DNA of 63,860 bases, counting the filler, from Phoronis australis (taxonomy: Eukaryota; Animalia; Phoronida), in assembly GCA_002633005.1 (NCBI GenBank). It is 9 parts of 9 records of this genome, joined end to end, with 100 filler letters (N's around TTAATTAATTAA, not from the genome) between each part and the next. Parts side by side here need not be neighbours in the genome. Positions count along the whole stretch, not along the records: positions 61,934 to 63,860 come from NMRA01000699.1; 8 more parts are not named here. One strand, 5' to 3'. Under the pieces are notes generated by a model. That model was not told where the DNA came from. It ran no database searches and worked only from the letters and a program-made list of their open reading frames with translations. Below, one piece after another: positions 63,200-63,860 of the stretch. Each line of letters opens with the position of its first letter. Positions within the stretch are counted from its first letter, which is position 1. A program made the translations under genes and the position numbers.

Positions 63200-63860
63200 G
63201 TGCCGACTGATTATGTCGTCTGCTTGCCCAATAGCAGCATAGTTATCGGACAGTTCTTGATTTATGGTTCACATACATGTAAGCCTACTGAGAAAACTAC
63301 AAAAGCATGTTCATAAATCAACATTCTCAAGTGAACAGTTCTTCTGGGAAGTGTTGAGTGGCCCTTAAAAGGGCCGTTGGTTGTAGGTATAGGGTGAAAT
63401 GGTTCTTAAAAGAACCGTTGAATAATTCAACATAAACCACTAAGTATACCATGCTCACTCAAGTACTGAAGTTCCTCTTCATTTAAGTTTTCATCTGGGA
63501 AGGTTGGATGAAAACGGAGGATATGACAATATGGATGACAGTTGTAACACCTTACATGTATAGTCCGATTACCTCTCGTCGTCAGTCTTCTAAGGTCGTC
63601 CGCCATCTTGTTTCGCGTGCAGCGCAACCACGCGGGACTTAGCGTTCCAATTTGGAGTGCTCGCCTGCACGTTAGGTACTAACTTATCGGAAGAGACACG
63701 TATCAAAGTAATGAGACAAAAATCGGTGAGTTTACCGATTGTTTTTTAAAACCACTTAAAAATCAGTAGATTTTACTAATACACTTTTTTGTGCGTTTTC
63801 AGAAGATGTTTTCGAATTTAAATTTTCTTCCGACGGGACACAAAACATGATCCAGGGTTT

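Overview
Eukaryotic, AT-rich, repeat-rich DNA, probably from a marine invertebrate (the taxon is an inference). The window is not one locus. It consists of nine sequence blocks joined by eight artificial 100-nt linkers (N44-TTAATTAATTAA-N44), plus one 712-N gap. The dominant feature is an uninterrupted 2111-aa ORF (9413-15748, minus) encoding a Helentron/Helitron2-type rolling-circle transposase. Its domain order is 23-aa STPR-like repeats, Zn finger, DUF6570-like region, OTU cysteine protease, HUH Rep, PIF1 helicase, AP endonuclease. The surrounding element appears to have a spliced 5' leader and to carry a decayed, triplicated mariner HTH fragment. Host-gene pieces include three 5' exons of a TCP11-like gene, two 5' exons of a NOSTRIN-like F-BAR gene, and possible duplicated 54-nt exons. 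The rest is transposon debris: hAT, Kolobok, Harbinger and Mutator-like non-autonomous elements with readable TIRs/TSDs, Penelope-like fragments with hammerhead-ribozyme cores, an RTEX-like LINE fragment, long foldback palindromes and minisatellites. Most short ORFs in the track are spurious. All family assignments come from motif recognition by eye; no database search was run.
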